Shown: positions 10,999-24,390 of the stretch, in pieces
Layout: each line of letters begins with the position of its first letter
How positions within the stretch are numbered: position 1 is the stretch's first letter
Origin: Eledone cirrhosa
Taxonomy: Eukaryota
Reading direction: 5' to 3'
Assembly (NCBI GenBank): GCA_964016885.1
Contig: OZ024740.1
Location: 360,344,001-360,408,000, forward strand
DNA length: 64,000 nucleotides
The notes under the pieces: model-generated
Databases searched by the model: none
The model's input: only the letters and a program-made list of their open reading frames with translations
What the model was told of the DNA's origin: nothing
Translations under genes and position numbers: made by a program

Positions 10999-13696
10999 GT
11001 CTCCCTTCGTTTGTTGAAAAAAGAAGTAAGTGACTATGTCACTACTTTAAAATAATAGCGCAAGGTCTTCAAAATGTTTTTAATTAAGCATACAGTATAT
11101 TGCCAAATATACTATACATATATATATGTGTGTGTGTGTATGGAATTACAAGAAATGTTAACACTTTATATTTATTAAATACCAATAATGAATTCAACCA
11201 TATATATATATATATTTGAAGAAAAGATGTTGAGAAGATTTTAGAAATATCTATTTTCCAACTATTTCTGTTGTGTATTTTCCCACCATAAACTTATTTG
11301 TTTGACTAGGTCAACCAATTGAATCTGATTAACTGAATTGTAGTTGTGCTTTTGTGTCAACTGAATTTTTTTAACTTATTGTCTTCTACCCGCCTAAACC
11401 AGAGAAGAAACACCTACACACTTGCTTGCATACAAAAGCATAGATAGACAAGGAATGTATACACTTTCCTCACACACAAGCACACATAGCTTCATACATA
11501 GATGAAATCAAACATTCACCAGACATACAAACTATATTGAGAAAATGCACACATACACACACAAATAGCCTAAGCTAGCTACACCTGCTTTCCAATAGGA
11601 GTGGCTGAGAAAGACCTGTATCAAATTAAAATTTAAAACAAATTTTATAAACATTTATGTCACATGTTTGCAACATGTTTCTACATTAAAAATGTGGTTT
11701 CAGTATCAATCCCACTGCACAGCACCCTGGGCAAGTGTCTTCTACCATAGCTTTGGTTTGACCAAAGCCTTGTTAGTAGAGAATCTGTGTGAGAGAAACT
11801 GTGTGGAAGCCCTTATCAGTAGACATAATATACACACCACCACATGGTGTAACATCACCACCATCTTGTGTAATAGTAACACCACCTCGTAAAATACCGT
11901 CACCACCACTTTGTGTGACACCAACACTCCTGGTCCTTGGGTACATTTAATAAAATGCTCTATGTTTACAAGTGTTCTGGTCAGGTCCCTGGTTTGGGGA
12001 ATAAACTTGGAGGCTCTGCAGTTTCTCCTTAAACTAATCATCATCATACATCCGTTTTCTATGCTGGTATAGATTGGACAGGTTTGTTATGGCTCAATTC
12101 AGTACTTATTTAATGTTACTGTCTTGCTCATATATTTTGTTTAACATGGTTTCTAGAGCTGGATGCCTTTCCAAATACCAACTACTTTACAGAGTATACT
12201 GGGTGAATTTTATTGTGGCACCAGCACTACCACCTTACAGAGTGTACTTTATGCATTTTATCATGGATCCAGCAATAAAACATTATTGAATGCATTTTAT
12301 CATGGTATGAGCACTTCCACTTTATCATCACATCAACACTAAAGAGGTTGTCATGTCTTTGGCAAGACTGGAAAGTTCTCTCTGTACTACACTTTCCCAT
12401 CTCTTTCGTCAACTATTTTATATAAAATGCACTCTGTCACTCTGAAAAGTAGTTGGCATTATGAAGGACATCTAGCTGTAGAAGCAATCCAAAAACAAAA
12501 TGTATGGGCAAAACATGGTCAGCTGACCTGTCTAGTCTCAGACGTCCAAGCCATGTCTAAATGGACATAAAACGTTGATGATAATGATGGTGAGGATCTG
12601 TGTGTATGTGTGTGTGTGTGTTTGTATACTATAAAATGGTTGTTGTTAGGATGGGCATCCAGCCATAAAAACCATACCAAAATATGGAACATATGAACAA
12701 AGTCTTTTCTTGGAATTGTGACAACTCATTGAATCCATTCCAGCATGGAACATAGATGTAAAATGATGACAGTGGCTTAGACTAAGAAGGGAATTTGTTT
12801 CTATAAATTAATAAATCGTTTCAACATGCACACTTGCTTGGGAAAATGACTGCAAAACATTTAAAACAAACGTAATAATAATGTTTATCTTGGTGAGATT
12901 TGAACTCTGAATTTAAAGAGCCAGAACAAATGTTACAAAGCATTGTGTCCATTGTTTTAATGATTCATCTAATCCAACACCTTACAGAAATATGATCATT
13001 TCTGATTTAGGCACAAGGCCAGCAGTTTTAAGGGGAGGAGGAAGTCAATTGAATAAACCCAGTAATTGACTAGTACTTGTTTTATCAACCCCAAAAGGAT
13101 GAAAGACAAAATTAACCCCAGCAGGATTTGAACATTACGAATTGGAACAAATACTGCAAATCATTTCTTCTGATGCTCTAATGATTCTGCCAATCCAAAA
13201 CACTACACAAAGTTATAAAATTATACAAAAAGAAAATAATTGCTGCATCAGATCTGTTTATTTGTTTTTCACTGTTGGACATCTTGGCTTCTACTTAATT
13301 TCCATCTTCCACTGAAAAATCAACTATGTATCAACATGGTATTCCTTTCATTTGACTTGAAAATATAGGACAAACATAAGATTGAAAGTGAGGAGGAGGA
13401 AATGTTTAGCAAGGGAAAGTCACAAATCATGTTTCAACACGTGGATTAATGAGACAAACCAGTGGTAAACAAGAATACATACAATGGAAATTATTTGTGT
13501 GGGAAAAGCTGTAAAATCGTGTTTTCACACGTGGTGATGAGATGTAAACAAAGGTAGATAGGGTGGCGATTAAAAATAATTAAAGGAAAAAATAATTACC
13601 TGAAGAAGAAGAGAATAAAATATAATATTTACTCCTTTTCTTGAGAATTGTTCAATTTCAAAGGTGAATAATTATCATATTAACAATAGAGTTGAG

Positions 13697-14200
13697 GGCA
13701 GTGGAGTGGTCAGGGTGTTGGATTTGTAATCATAAAGTCATGGGTTTGATTCCTGGATCGGGCAATATGTTGTGTTCTTGAGCAAAGTGCTTCACTTTAC
13801 ATTGCTTTTCATAAGATTATTGGGGCTCCTATCATTAAAACACTAAAGAAAACAAGAAATCGCCTATGAGATGCAACCTCATATGAGGCCAGTTAAATCT
13901 GCATAGATGTGAGCTTTAAAAATAATATACTAGGACTAGAGCCTCCAACTATTAAAACACCCAAAATATCTTTGATGAGATGCAACCGCATATTAAGTCA
14001 GATAAACTTGTATAGGACTGGTGCTTCCTATAATTAAAACACTCAAGAAACCCTTTTTGAGATACAACCTCATAAGAGGCAGCTAGACCTACATAGGGGT
14101 GAGATATCACATCATAAGACTGGGGCCCCTATCATTAAAACAACCAAGAAACCTCTTGAGATTCAATGTCGTAGGAAGCCAGCTAAACCTGAATAGGTGT
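13697..14200 (+). mobile_element. tRNA-derived SINE head followed by about 4 diverged tandem copies of an 80-120 bp segment
   Basis: Head ggcagtggagtggtcagg...gggtttgattcc. GG.CC.TATCATTAAAACAC...GAGATGCAACCTCATA recurs near 13821, 13939, 14020 and 14121. Confidence 0.6.
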
Positions 14201-14848
14201 CATCATCATCATCATTTTACGTCCGTTCCTCCACGCTAGCATGGGTTAGACGGGTTGTCCTGTTGTGGGCAGTGTCCAGTCGGCTGACCTTGTCTTGCTC
14301 ATACAGGAACTGATTTGGCTTGATATCTACAGCTGGATGCCCTTCCTAACACCAACTTCATTTACAGTGAGTGCTGGGTGCTTTTTTCCGTGGCGCCTAA
14401 ACGGCCACTTTACAATGTGGGCTGCGTGCTTTTTTGCCGTGGCACCTCCACGACCATTTTGCAGTGGGAGGGGGTGGGGGCATATTGTCTATATGCTTCA
14501 GCTTCGGCTTGTTCCCGTAGGAGGTAGGGTCTTCTGTATTACTGCGTGATGCCAGAGGTCATGGTTGTGTGTCATCGCCTTGGGTAAGGTTGGCTTTTAT
14601 CACCTTATCCTAGGTCTTCTTGGGTCGCCCCACTACACGGCTTCCATCGACTTCTAGTGCTCTGCACTTTTTTATGCAGCTGTGTAATAGTAATATACGC
14701 GAACGGCAAAGCAAATGGATGTGTAATATTATTATACGCGAACAGCAAAGCATAAACAAACTGAGAGATAGACTGAGCATAAGAGGAATCAAATGCTGTG
14801 TGCAGGAGAGGAGGTGGTGTTGGTATGGATATGTAATGCGTATGAAGG
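14200..14848 (-). mobile_element. 5'-truncated RTE with inverted 5' segment
   Basis: The 3' UTR and ORF end (SCIKKCRALEVDG...GRPKKT) are on - up to about 14680. The immediately upstream ORF part (CNSNIRERQS...WYGYVMRMK) is on + at 14681-14848. Confidence 0.75.
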
Positions 14849-16149
14849 TGTGAGCTGTAAATTTCATTTCATTTCATTTTTTCCAAAATGTTTTGCTGTA
14901 TTTGTTCCCACTCTTCATAACTCTGAGTTCAAATAATAAAATGGTAGTGCTAGTGCCACAATAAAATACTCTTAGTACACTCAGTAAAGTGATATTGCTG
15001 GGGCTATGATAAATCATGGCCTGTATACTCTGCAAAGTGGAAATACTGGTGCCACAGTAATTTGCACCCAGTAAAGTGGTAATCCTGCTGCCACAATAAA
15101 TTGCACTCAGTGCACTCTGTAAAGTGGTTGATGCTAAGAAAGGCATCCAACCCTAAAAACTATGACAAAACATGCAACATATGAGCACGATAGGGTCAGA
15201 TGACCATGTCTTATTTCCTGTCAACTCATCCATCCCATCCCAGCATGGAAAGCAGACATAAAGGGTTGATGATGATACATACAACTTGTATAGCCATACT
15301 ATTTGGTGTTAGTTTATGGTTCAAATGTGCTATTTTGTGTTGAATCTTATTTATTACTTAATAGCATTGATCCATATTTTTCAGTTACTAACTTCTCTAC
15401 AATTCTATCAAGTATTCTTTTGTATTGTGCAAATATGCGCTGTAATGGATTGTTGTCATACTTAAGTGAAAAAGTCTCTTGTGTATCAAAGGAAAAGTGG
15501 TAGTCATCAGATCAGACCAAGGAAACAATGTTTCCATTTGTCTTTTCATTACTGATTCTATCTGTTGGTTGTAACTCCTAGTAGAAGAAAGGTGCTGATC
15601 ATCAGACTGGATTAAGGAAACAATGTTTTCATTGTTTTCTTTTTTTTCATTCCTGTTTCTATTTGTCAGTTGCAACTACTGGCAGAAGAAAAGAGCTGAT
15701 TGTCAGATTGTACCAAGGAAACATTGGTCTTTCCATTGCTGGTTCCATCTGATGGTTGCAACTTCTAGCAGAAGGAACAACATGAAATGAAGTATATTGC
15801 TTAAGAACATAACATGGTATTTGGTTCAGGAATCAAACCTACAACCCTATGATCATGTGTTCAGCACCCAAATCACTAGGACACATATATCAAATCCAAT
15901 ATTTATATCAACTTTCATATTTGCAGTCGACAGGGCTGGCTGATGATTGAACCGAGTCAACAAAGAGTAGATGACTCTCTGGTCTTGTTAACATCTCTAG
16001 TGCTGATGCACACTGTAAATTGATAGTGCTGATGCCATGATAAAATGCACGTAGTACACTATGTAAATGGGTTTGATGTTAGGAAAGGCATCCATCCATA
16101 AACATTATGCCAAAATATAGATCATGTGACCAAAACTGCATTTTAATCT

Positions 16150-17025
16150 GCAAGTGTGCTGGATTGGGAAGCTGATTGTAATAATTCTCCATCCCAGTGG
16201 AGGACTAGCCAGGATCTGTCTTCAGGTGAGAAAGCAAATAACTCGATTTTCTGAGCCATCTTTTCACGGCAACAGGTTCTTGCTTGATAAACAATTAAGG
16301 GGGAAACCGAGAGTTCAGAGACATCATAACTCAGACTCTTTGAAATTGTGATGTAAGAGCTTGTTTATCATACTGATAGTTTCTCCCATTTCCGTGTGGC
16401 AGCAAGAGTGGTGTCAAGAATCAGCTTTATTCGCACTGATTTTCTGGGCGGTGTTAATTCAAAGATTTCATCATCATTAATAGCTGAACTGGATGAACTC
16501 TCAAGAACTCCTTTCTCGGACATCTTCTTGACTTCTTCATCCTGTTTTTCTCTTTCTTATTTTCATATCATGAATCTTCTTTTCCTTCTTCTGAATGGCT
16601 CTCACGTGTTCTGCATCAACACCAGCCAGGAATGAAGACATCCGATCTTTCTGCTGTGTCTCAAGGAAAGCTTTGTCTGCTGATGGGACAACCTTTTGTT
16701 TAAGAACATCCTGTCAAAAATTTCCTCAGGATTACCTTTTCAAATCTCATGCTTTGCAATTGCTTTGTCAGACATCCTTGACTTTTCTTTTTTCTATCCT
16801 TGATACTCTTTATACAATTTCTCGATTGAAGTGGGGAGGTTTTTTTACTTTCTTTGTTAATTTTGTTAAGTTTATTTACTAATGTGGTGTACATGTTTAT
16901 CTCTTCTCCCCCAGTTATTGTAATGGCTTACATTTTTTAACATGATATCTTACTTTCTTCTTGCTTTTTTCATTTTTTCTTTGTTTCATTCATGCTTCAC
17001 GTTCTCTAAGAGGCATCGGACATTT
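16150..17025 (-). pseudogene. decayed DNA-transposase N-terminal fragment (HWDG.LL-motif family, hATm-like)
   Basis: Minus-strand pieces DKAFLETQ, FLAGVDAEHVRAIQKKEK and LVLHWDGELLQ, with multiple stops and frameshifts. Family assignment is from memory of the motif. Confidence 0.5.
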
Positions 17026-17320
17026 TCCCTCATCTCACACAAAATTGTATGTGTTTATGTAGCTTAACAGCTATAAATTAATGTTTTGTCTTTCGTCTGT
17101 TACTCCTTTGGACAGCGTTTGGCTTATGTCAGATGTTGTGACCCCGGATGGACCAACAGTACTGTACCATCTTAACAGTTGATGACCATGGAGTTCTGTG
17201 TCCTTCGTTTGTATATTTATTTTTACAAAATAATTTTTTAAAGTTTCCCCTTAAAAACTTTTTTTTTTGTTTTGTTTTGTTTCTGTTCGTTGTCTTATCC
17301 TTTCTTTGTTAATTTTCTTA

Positions 17321-17369
<49 letters not shown>

Positions 17370-17370
<1 letters not shown>

Positions 17371-17598
17371 TCATCATCATCTTCCACGCTAGCATGGGTT
17401 GGACGGGTTTGTCCCATTTAGAGGCAAGTTGAGTCAGGTGACCGTGTCTCGCTTATATAGGAATGTTTCTGGTTGGTTACTACGGCTGGATGCCCTTCCT
17501 AACACCAACCACATTGACAATGTGGGCTGGATGCTTTTTGTTGTGACACCTACACAATCACTTTACAGTGTGGCTGGATGTTTTGTGGTACCAGCATA

Positions 17599-17637
<39 letters not shown>

Positions 17638-19012
17638 TGCACATATCATGATAAAGATATACACATATATATATATATTTGCATGCATATACATATACCA
17701 TATATATGTAATATACATACACATATCACACAAATACATACACACTTCATATATATATATATCATCAACCTCGTCATTTAACATCCATCATTCATGGGTA
17801 GGACGGAATGACCCTTAGGGAAAAAACAGGTCAGAGGACCATGTTTAGCTCACCCGGGGCAGATTTTGGCTTGGTTTCTACTGCTGGGTGCCCTTCCTAC
17901 CGCCAACCATATTTACAGTGTGTGCTGGGTGTGTTTTGTCATGTCACCTACACGACCACATTACAGTGTGGACTGGGTACTTTTTGTTGTGACACCTACA
18001 CGACCACTTCACAGTGTGGACTGGGCACTTTTTGACGTGACACCTACATGACCACTGTACAGTGTGGACTGGGCACCTTTGTCATGTCACCGACATGACC
18101 ACTTTATAGTGGGGCCTGGGCACTTTTGTCTTGGGACTAGGGAGGCAGGGAGGGGGGCTTTGGGAAATTGTGGACTGGTAGTAGGGGAGGTATGGTTACC
18201 ATTAAGGAAAGTGAATGAGAGGGGAGAAGGTTGTGGAAGGTGTTGCCTACTAGGTATAAGTCACAGCCTAAGAATAATAGAGGTTGGGTCTTCTGTAAAA
18301 CTGCATAGCACCAGAGGTCATGATCCTGAGTCTTTGAGAGGGATAATTGTGCAAAGTCAGCTTTTATTACATCATCCTAAGTCTTCCTCGGTCTGTCCAC
18401 ACCACAGCTACCATCACCTTTGAGCACTCTGCAACTTATACAGCTGTCATCCTTCGTACACATCTCATGTCCATAACAACGGAATCTCCTCTCCTGCACG
18501 TAACCACTGATCCCTCTTATGCCTAATTTCTCATGCAGTATATTTATACTTTGCCGTTCACGTATATTGCTATTGCACATCCAGCTAAGCATGGAGGTTT
18601 CATTTCTTTCCAATCTTCGCAGGTCCTCAGCACACAGTGCCCAGGTCTCGCTGCTGTGCAACATTGTTGTTTGTATACATGCATCATACAGTTTGCCTTT
18701 CATTTTGAGGGGAAAACCTTTTGTAGTTAGTAGCGGTAGTAGCTCCCTGAACTTTTTCCAACCCGATGTCACTCTGGTTACTGTGCTTTCAGAACACCTT
18801 CCCCCCTTACTGATTTGGTCAACCAGGTAACGGAAACTATCTACCACTTAAACCAAGCCCTGTGAGCATTTGAAGGTGGTTCTATTATGAGGGATCTTGC
18901 TACTTACTAACCCTGTGCACCGGCCACAAGTAAAACCTACATTCTTTGATAGCCTGCCTGAGATCCCACTACATCTCTTGTGTACCCATTGCTTCCATTT
19001 GGTACATAGAAT
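17370..19012 (-). mobile_element. RTE 3' fragments (3' UTRs with (GAT)n tails and the C-terminal ORF part)
   Basis: ORFs 18377..18847 and 18848..19033, plus the shared 3' UTR motif GGATGCCCTTCCTAACACCAACC. Confidence 0.85.
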
Positions 19013-19015
19013 GTA

Positions 19016-20799
19016 TATCATCATCATCATCAACGTTTAACGTCCGTGTTCCACGCTTGCATGGGTTTGGACGGGGGTAGTCCCACTTGAGGCAAGAGTG
19101 ATTGTCTTGCTCGCATAGGACTGTCTGGCAGGTTTTCTACAGTTGGATGCCCTTCCTAACACCAACCACATTTACAGTGTGGGTCTGGGAGGTTTTTACC
19201 GTGTTGCCTACACGGCCACATTACAGCGTGCACTGTGTGTTTTTTTGTCGTGACACCTACATGATCTCATTTGTTTCGGCCTGGATGGCGCGGCACCAAC
19301 ATAACTTTACATAGAACGGGGTGGTGTGGATGGGGTGGGGGTGGTGGTGGTGGGACGGGGTGTATTTTGTTAGAGATGCCTACTGGCTGGAGTAGGTTTT
19401 ACTATATATTTAGGTAAGGCGGGTCTTCTCTGTTACTGAGTACCGCCAAAGGTCTCGGTCCAGTGACATTGTCTTGGAGAGGTGTAAGTGTGTGATGTCG
19501 GAGTTTATCAGCTCGTCCCAGGTTTTTCTAGGTCTGCCTATTCCGTGACTACCGTCTATCTTTATTGCCCTGCACTTTGTTATACAGCTATCGACTTTCA
19601 TGCGCATCACGCGTCCATACCAACGTAGCCTTCTCTCGAGTAAACAACATCTGATCCCTCTTATCTCTAATTTTTTCCTTAGTTCGTTTATGCTTTGCCG
19701 TTCACGTATATTACTGTTACACACCCAGCGGAGCATGCAAGCTTCGTTCCTCTCTAGTCTGCGTATATCCTCTGCACACAATGCCCAGGTCTCACTGCCA
19801 TGCAGCATTGCTGTTCATATGCAGGCATCGTACAACCTGCCTTTCATTTTTAGGGAGAACCCTTTAGCAGCTAATAGTGGTATAAGCTCTCTGAACTTTT
19901 TCCAACCAGTTCTGACTCTAGCTACAGTACTTTCAGAGCACCCTCCCCCACTGCTGATTTTATCGCCCAGGTAACGGAAGCTGTCCACTATTTCTATAGA
20001 ACCCTTTGCGCAATTGAAAGAGCTAGTATTTTGTGGGCACTTGCTGCTACTTATTGCACCAGAACACCGGCCACATGTAAAATCTATGTTCTTAGTTAGC
20101 TTACCTGTGATCCCACTACATCTTTTATGCCCCCATACTTTGCATTTAGGACATAAAATGGAGTTTCTACCTACGCCTTTCCTACACACCGAGCACGACC
20201 ATTTCCCAGAAGGGACCGCCGCCTTGTTTTCTTTCCTACAAACTAGAACTTTGGTCTTAGCCAGGTTAATTTTAAGTCCTTTTGACTCTAGGCCGTGCTT
20301 CCATGTTTGGAATTTCTTCTCTAGCTCGGCCATTGATTCCGCTATGAGTGTCAGGTCGTCTGCGTATAGGAGTTCCCATGGGCAGCCTGTCTTGAACTCC
20401 TCTGTTATAGCCTGAAGGGCAATAATAAATAGTAGGGGGCTGAGAACAGAGCCCTGATGGACGCCAACTTTTACGCTAAACTCTTCACTATATTCGTTGT
20501 TAATTCTAACCTTGCTGACTGTTTCTTTATACATGGCTTGTATAGCCCTCACAAGCCATTCGTCAACGCCTAGTTTTCTAAGAGCCCACCAGATAATGGA
20601 GCGGGGGACTCTGTCGAAGGCTTTCTCCAAGTCGACAAAAGCTAAGTAGAGGGGTTTACCTTTAGCTAGGTACTTCTCCTGTAGTTGTCGTACTATGAAA
20701 AGAGCGTCTGTGGTACTTTTGCCTGACACAAACCCGAACTGCATTTCATCTAGGTCAATTCTCTCTCTGATTAGTTGCGCTATTACTTTTTCCGTGACC
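19016..20799 (-). mobile_element. 5'-truncated RTE LINE (RT and 3' UTR)
   Basis: ORFs 19815..20744 (YADD) and 19410..19808. (GAT)n tail at 19016-19031. The 5' end abuts a TA-rich tract. Confidence 0.95.
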
Positions 20800-21032
20800 T
20801 ATATATATGTGTATACATATATATGTATAAGTATGTACACGTACATACATATATATATACAGACGTACAGTAGTATGTATATATATACATACATGCACAC
20901 ATATATATATGTATGTATGGATTCACCGAACATTTATTATAATGCTTGGTGTGTTTGTAAACAAACATCCCGAATTAAGCCGTACATTGTTTAGCAACCA
21001 TCGTTGCCCTTTTGTTCAACACTGACAAAGGA

Positions 21033-21075
21033 ACGATGTACTAGTTTCAAGCTTATTAGCTATCGTCAGCACCGT
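21033..21075 (-). ncRNA. minimal type I hammerhead ribozyme
   Basis: Minus strand reads acggtg-CTGACGA-t-agct-aata-agct-t-GAAA-ctag-TA-catcgt. 6-bp helix I with one G-U pair; palindromic ACTAGT helix III. Confidence 0.88.
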
Positions 21076-21446
21076 ATACCTTCCTGCCAGATGATTGAAC
21101 GTCTGAAAGTATATACTTTCCTTATGCATATTAACGGCTGAGCAGCCTAATTTGCATATCGGCCGGGTGCACCGAAAACGATAAACGGAAAAAAATGAAA
21201 CTAAATTTCATTTCTCACTCTTAGTACGGCTGTTATTTAAATATAAGTATGTATACGCACATACATATATGTATACAGACGTACAGTAGTATGTATATAT
21301 ATACATACATGCACACATATATATGTACGTATGGATTCACCGAACATTTATTATAATGCTCGGTGTGTTTATAAACAAACATCCCGAATTAAGCTGTACA
21401 ATGTTTAGCAACCATCGTTGCCATTTTGTTCAACACTGACAAAGGA

Positions 21447-21489
21447 ACGATGTACTAGTTTCAAGCTTATTAGCTATCGTCAGCTCCGT
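21447..21489 (-). ncRNA. minimal type I hammerhead ribozyme (second copy)
   Basis: Same core as 21033-21075. Helix I acggag/catcgt has one A-A mismatch. Confidence 0.8.
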
Positions 21490-22246
21490 ATACCTTCCTG
21501 CCAGATGATTGAACGTCTGAAAGTATATACTTTTCTTTTGCATATTAACGGCTGAGCAGCCTAATTTGCCGTACTAAGAGTGAGAAATGAAATTTCGTTT
21601 CATTTTTCCGTTTACATATATATGTATTTATATATACACAGACATGTATGCATATATATATATAAAAATGTGTTTTTTTTTAAAAGATGTCCCACACAGG
21701 TAAAACTATAAGGAAAGGAAATTTAAAATGCAACTGAAGAATATTTATTTATTCTACCAGTTTCACAGTTCTTATGATTTTCAAAAGTAAAAATGAGATG
21801 GAGGGTTTGTGTTTCTGTTGTAGTTTGTCTTGCATCTAGTTCGTGTTTGGAAGTTCTTTTTCTTTTATACGAAAAAATTAGCTCAGATTGCTATTTCTTT
21901 AAAATGTAATTTGGTTGGTTGATGACTGTCACAAGATTAGGTACAATTTTGCGCCAGAGGTTTATTAAGTGATTAAAATTGTATTTGCCATTTTATTTGT
22001 TGATGACAGTCATGTGATGGGGCATAGTAATATAGGCCCCCAAAATGGGTGGTTAGTGTCAAGTAATTAGGCATAGAATGTTTTGTGCCAAAAAACAGGA
22101 GTGGGAGACGAAGAATTAGTTTTGGTTCAGTGAGTATGGCTGATGTTATGCTGAGGTGTCAAAATTCAGACTTCCTACTGAAGTAGATTGAATGTTTGTG
22201 TCAATAGTGATGGCAGTGGCAATAGTGGTGGAATTAATTTTATTAC

Positions 22247-24030
22247 TATATAATGAACAAGAGCGGGCTGAGGACCGAACCCTGATGTACTCCTACTTGT
22301 ATCTGGAATTCATCACTAAACTCCATTTCTACTCTCACTTTACTGACAGCACCTCTGTACATAGCTTGCACTGTCCTCACAAGCCATTCCTCTACACCTA
22401 CTTTCCTTAGGGACCACCAGATGACAGATCGGGGTACTCTATCAAAGGCCTTTCCTAGGTCAACAAAAGCTAAGCATAGTGGCTTATTCTTCTCTAAGAA
22501 CCTCTCTTGTAGTTGTCTCACTAAGAAGAGGGCATCTGTTGTACTTTTCTCAGACACAAAACCAAACTGCATCTCATTTAATTTTACCCTTTCTCTAATC
22601 AGTTGCGCTAATATTTCTCTGCCACTTTCATAACCTGATCCATCAGCTTTATGCCACTATAATTGCTCCTCTCCAGAGCATCCCCTTTACCTTTGTAGCA
22701 ATTTATGAGAATACTGCTGTACCAGTCTTTAGGTATGACACCGCCATATATAGCTTGATTGATGATGCGTGAAACCACTTTAGTGCCTAGCTCTCCAGAT
22801 GCCTTCAGCATCTCTGTCGTGTCTACAGGGGGTAATTTCTCTCTCCCATTCGTTTTCCACATTCGTCAGTCTCTCATAATGACATTTCCAGGCCTCCTTT
22901 TTCTGATCATTCGTGACACTAAGTACACCAGCATCATTCCAGACACACTTATCTCCAACAACATTTTGATTTGCACTGTCACACTACCTTGCAATGCGGA
23001 ACACCGCACGTCTCTGATCTTCCCGGCACAGAACATTGGCAAGCCTCCTACTCTCAGCCTCCCTGCGTGCTAAGTACACCTGATGTTTAGCTTCTCTCTT
23101 AGCAGCTGTGTATTCTTCTCTACTCTCGACATTTTTCCAAGCGTTCCATGCTAGTCTTTTGTCTCTAATGGCCCTATCTACCATGCTGTTCCACCACCAA
23201 GTCACTCTCTGTCTGGTTGGAGCTCTGCTCCAGTCACAAGTTTCTTCAGTAGCCTGCAGTAAGTTCTCACGTAAGAAATTCCAGTTATCATCTATGTGGT
23301 TGGTAGGTTTCTTGAAGTTAGTGTTGCAAATGGTTAGTGCACTTGCATCACAACATTCAAGAATCCTCACTCCTTCTACATTTCTTGAGCCATAACCATG
23401 ACCACCATGTACCCCAGTGTATCCATTCTGGAGCTGTCCAACATGACCATTAAAGTCCCCTGCTAGCATAACGATGTCTCCGTCCTCTGTCATTTCGGCT
23501 GTTTCTAAAATTTGCTCGTAAAAGCAGCCTTTCTCTTTTTTACCTAGGCCTGCCTGGGGAGCATAGGCAGAGATGATTGTCAGTAGTCTCTTGCCTACAA
23601 CTAATCTAAGCTTAATTATTCTATTACTAACTCTAACTACCTCTATTGTCTTATCGATCCATCTCTCAGCCAGTAAAATGCCTATCACACCTAACCCATC
23701 ATCATTACCTACCCAGAATAGCTTATAGCTAAGATGTTTGCCTGCAATTAGTTTTATAGAGGCACCTCTCCATCTCACCTTTGCATGCAGCACACATCCA
23801 CATGCCTTCTCCCTAGCATCTCCACTATTTCACCAGATCTACCTGTGAGAGTGCCAACATTAAGTGAGGCAACTCTGAGATGCGACGTCTTCATATTGTT
23901 GTTCTTGTTCCTGTTGTGCGATTGCTTGATGACGGTCGGGGGTTCTCGCACATGGCCGCACCAGCCACTCCACTACCATGCGCAGCCCTAACATGGTTAG
24001 TGTTATTGCTGTTTACGCAGTTGTTGTTGT
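22247..24030 (-). mobile_element. RTE LINE with N-terminus retained, internal deletions and 3' truncation
   Basis: LRVASLNVGTLTGRSGEIVEML, VMLAGDFNGHVG, VTWWWN, QFGFVSEKSTTD, GVHQGSVLSPLLF. Confidence 0.9.
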
Positions 24031-24322
24031 ATATATATGTATAGGTATACATATATATATATATATGTATATATGTATAGGTATACATATATATATATGT
24101 ATAGGTATACATATATATGTATAGGTATATATATGTATAGGTGTATATGTATATATATATATATATATGTATAGGTGTATATATATATATATATATGTAT
24201 AGGTGTATATGTATGTATATATATATATGTATAGGTGTATATGTATATATATATATGTATAGGTGTATATGTATATATATATGTATAGGTGTATATGTAT
24301 GTATATATATATATGTATAGGT

Positions 24323-24362
<40 letters not shown>

Positions 24363-24390
24363 AGGTGTATATATATATATATATATGTGT
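24030..24390. repeat. (TA)n / TATAGGTG compound microsatellite
   Basis: Directly visible. Confidence 0.95.

Larger units (their letters stand above)
20827..21614 (-). mobile_element. tandem dimer of an ORF-less hammerhead-bearing unit (retrozyme or non-autonomous PLE), about 414-nt period, with a short terminal inversion
   Basis: Units start at about 20827 and 21243. 21568-21614 is the reverse complement of about 21182-21230. Confidence 0.8.

Noticed and set aside
13598-13668. CTGAAGA...GAGA-attgttcaat-TT hammerhead-like string
   Set aside because: GAAA is absent and there is no helix I; too degenerate to support.
21088-21120. Possible opposite-polarity second hammerhead in the repeat unit (CAGATGA...GAAA-GTATATAC-TT; 16-bp palindrome GAAAGTATATACTTTC)
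   Set aside because: The core reads CAGATGA rather than CTGATGA, becomes CAGATGG or CCGATGG in the 30.7-kb copies, and no helix I can be formed.
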